64,000 nucleotides of DNA from Heptranchias perlo (taxonomy: Eukaryota): positions 52,948,001-53,012,000 of the forward strand of contig NC_090344.1 of assembly GCF_035084215.1 (NCBI RefSeq), read 5' to 3'. The notes under the pieces are model-generated. The model was given only the letters and a program-made list of their open reading frames with translations, had not been told where the DNA came from and ran no database searches. Of the stretch, positions 61,401-64,000 are shown in pieces; the first letter of the stretch is position 1, and every line of letters begins with the position of its first letter. The position numbers were made by a program, and so were the translations under genes.

Positions 61401-64000
61401 TAGAGGGAGCTTTGCTCGGTATCTAAACCGTGCTGTCACTGCCCCGGGAGTGTTTGATGGGAGGGTGTAGAGGGAGTTTTCCCCTGTATCTAACCCGTGC
61501 TGCACCTGCCCTGGGAGTGTTTGATGGGACAATGTCGAGGGAGCTTTACTCTGTATCTGATCTGTGCTGTATCTGCCCTGGGAGTGTTTGACGTGACAGT
61601 GTAGAGGGAGCTTTACTCTGCATCTAACCTGTACTGTACCAGCACTGGGAGTGTTTGATGGGACAGTGTCGAGGGAGCTTTACTCTGTCTCTAACCCGTG
61701 CTGTACCTGCCCTGGGAATGTTTGATGGGACTGTGCAGAGGGAGCTTTACTCTGTATCTAACCCGTGCTGTACCTGCCCTGGGAGTGTTTGATGGGACAG
61801 TGTGGAGGGAGCTTTACTCTGTATCTAACCCGTGCTGTACCTGCCCTGGGAATTTTTGTTGGGACAGTGTGGAGGGAGCTTTACTCTGTATCTAACCTGT
61901 GCTGTTCCTGCCCTGGTAGTGTTTGATGGGACAGTGTAGAGGGAGCTTTACTCTGTATCTAACGCATGCTGTACCTGCCCTGGGATTGTTTGATGGTTGT
62001 AAACAATTTTACAACACCAAGTTATAGTCCAGCAATTTTATTTTAAATTCACAAGCTTTCGGAGACAGTGGAGAGGGAGCTTTACTCTGTATCTAACCTG
62101 TGCTGTACCTACCCTGGGAGTGTTTGGGACAGTGCAGAGGGAGCTTTACTCTGCATCTAACCTGTACTGTACCAGCACTGGGAGTGTTTGATGGGACAGT
62201 GAAAAGGGAGCTTTACTCTGCATCCAACCCGTGCTGTTCCTGCCCCTGGGAGTGTTTGATGGGACAGTGTAGAGGGAGCTTTGCTCTGTATCTAAGCCGT
62301 GCTGTACCTGCCCCGGGAGTGTTTGATGGGAGGGTGTAGAGGGAGTCTTCCCCTGTATCTAACACGTGCTGCACCTGCCCTGGGAATGTTTGATGGGACA
62401 GTGCAGAGGAAGCTTTATTCTGTATCTAACCCGTGCTGTCCCTGCCCTGCGAGCGTTTGATGGGGCAGTGTAGAAGGAGCTTTACTGTGCATCTAACCCG
62501 TGCTGCACCTGCCCTGGGAGTGTTTGATGGGACAGTGCAGAGGGACCTTTACTCTGCATCTAACCCGTGGTGTACCTGCCCTGGGAATTATTGTTGGGAC
62601 AGTGCAGAGGGAGCTTTACTCTGTATCTAACCCGTGCTGTTGCTGCCCTGGGAGTGTTTGATGGGGCTGTGCAGAGGGAGCTTTACTCTGTATCTAACCT
62701 GTGCTGTAGCTAACCTGCAAGTGTTTGGGACAGTGCAGAGGGAGCTTTACTCTGTATCTAACCTGTGCTGTAGCTAACCTGGGAGTGTTTGAAACAGTGT
62801 AGAGGGAGCTTTACTCTGTATCTAACCCGTGCTGTACCTGCCCTGGGAGTGTTTGATGGGACAGTGTAGAGGAAGCTTTATTCTGTATCTAACCCGTGCT
62901 GCACCTGCCCTGGGAGTGTTTGATGGGACAGTGTCGAAGGAGCTTTACTCTGCATTTATCCCGTGCCGTTCTTGCCCTGGGAGCGTTTGATGGGGCAGTG
63001 TAGAGGGAGCTTTACTCTGTATCTAACCCGTGCTGTACCTGCCCTGGGAGCGTTTGATGGGACAGTGCAGAGGAAGCTTTGCACTGTATCTAACCCGTGC
63101 TGCACCTGCCCTGGGAGCGTTTGATGGGGCAGTGTAGAGGGAGCTTTACTGTGTATCCAACCCGTGCTGTTCCTGCCCCTGGGAGTGTTTGATGGGACAG
63201 TGTAGAGGGAGCTTTGCTCGGTATCTAAACCGTGCTGTCACTGCCCCGGGAGTGTTTGATGGGAGGGTGTAGAGGGAGTTTTCCCCTGTATCTAACCCGT
63301 GCTGCACCTGCCCTGGGAATGTTTGATGGGACTGTGTAGAGGGAGCTTTACTCTGTATCTAACCCATACTGTACCAGCACTGGGAGTGTTTGATGGGAGG
63401 GTGCAGAGGGAGTTTTCCCCTGTATCTAACCCGTGCTGCACCTGCCCTGGGAGTGTTTGATGGGACAATGTAGAGGGAGCTTGACTCTGTATCTAACCTA
63501 TGCTGTCCCTACCCTGGGAGTGTTTGATGGGACAGTGTCGAGGGAGCTTTACTCTGCATTTATCCCGTACCGTTCTTGCCCTGGGAGTGTTTGATGGGAC
63601 AGTGTAGAGGGAGCTTTACTCTGCATCTAACCCGTGCTGCACCTGCCCTGGGAGTGTTTCATGGGAGGGTGTAGAGGGAGTTTTCCCCTGTATGTAACCC
63701 GTGCTGCACCTGCCCTGGGAATGTTTGATGGGGCAGTGTAGAAGGAGCTTTCCTGTGTATCCAACCCGTGCTGCACCTGCCCTGGGAGTGTTTGATGGAA
63801 CAGTGTAGAGGGAGCTTTACTCTGTATCGAACCCGTGCTGTACCTGCCCTGGGAATTTTTGTTGGGACAGTGTGGAGGGAGCTTTACTCTGTATCTAACC
63901 TGTGCTGTTCCTGCCCTGGGAGTGTTTGATTGGACAATGTAGAGGGAGCTTCACTCTGTATCTAACCCATGCTGTACCTGCCCTGGGAGTGTTTGATGGG
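55463..64000. repeat. 67-bp satellite array, >120 units, runs off the window (LGI3 intron 6)
   Basis: Unit gggagtgtttgatgggacagtgtagagggagctttactctgtatctaacccgtgctgtacctgccct. Confidence 0.98.
61997..62063 (-). mobile_element. Short Penelope pLTR fragment within the satellite, truncated in hammerhead stem II
   Basis: Matches ~32358-32422 (gtaaacaattttacaacacc..cacaagctttcgga). Confidence 0.88.

Noticed and set aside
55463-64000. CRISPR-like array or satellite-encoded hammerhead
   Set aside because: No unique spacers, no cas genes, eukaryotic context; no CUGANGA/GAAA core in the unit

Overview
Vertebrate genomic DNA; the repeat content (HER1-like CR1 LINEs, DeuSINE/SacSINE1-like SINEs, Penelope fragments) points to a cartilaginous fish, probably a shark. 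Host genes: a head-to-head pair of C2H2 zinc-finger genes with no recognisable KRAB domain (10 fingers on -, 8 fingers on +), each with a CpG/NRF1-motif promoter, and exons 1-6 of LGI3 (+, 24701-55185, continuing past the window). Most of the rest is nested retroelements, mini/microsatellites (three N gaps) and a >8.5 kb 67-bp satellite in LGI3 intron 6. The most striking observation is a ~3.3 kb single-ORF (APE+RT) LINE present in three independent full-length copies. Each begins with a tRNA-Thr(AGU)-like head (A/B boxes, duplicated anticodon arm), and the sense strand is essentially free of TTTT terminators, which makes it a candidate Pol III-transcribed protein-coding retrotransposon. Second, Penelope pseudo-LTR pieces carry minimal hammerhead ribozyme motifs and are repeatedly inserted as hairpins that fold back at the ribozyme. 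All alignments and motif scans were done by eye; TE boundaries are approximate.
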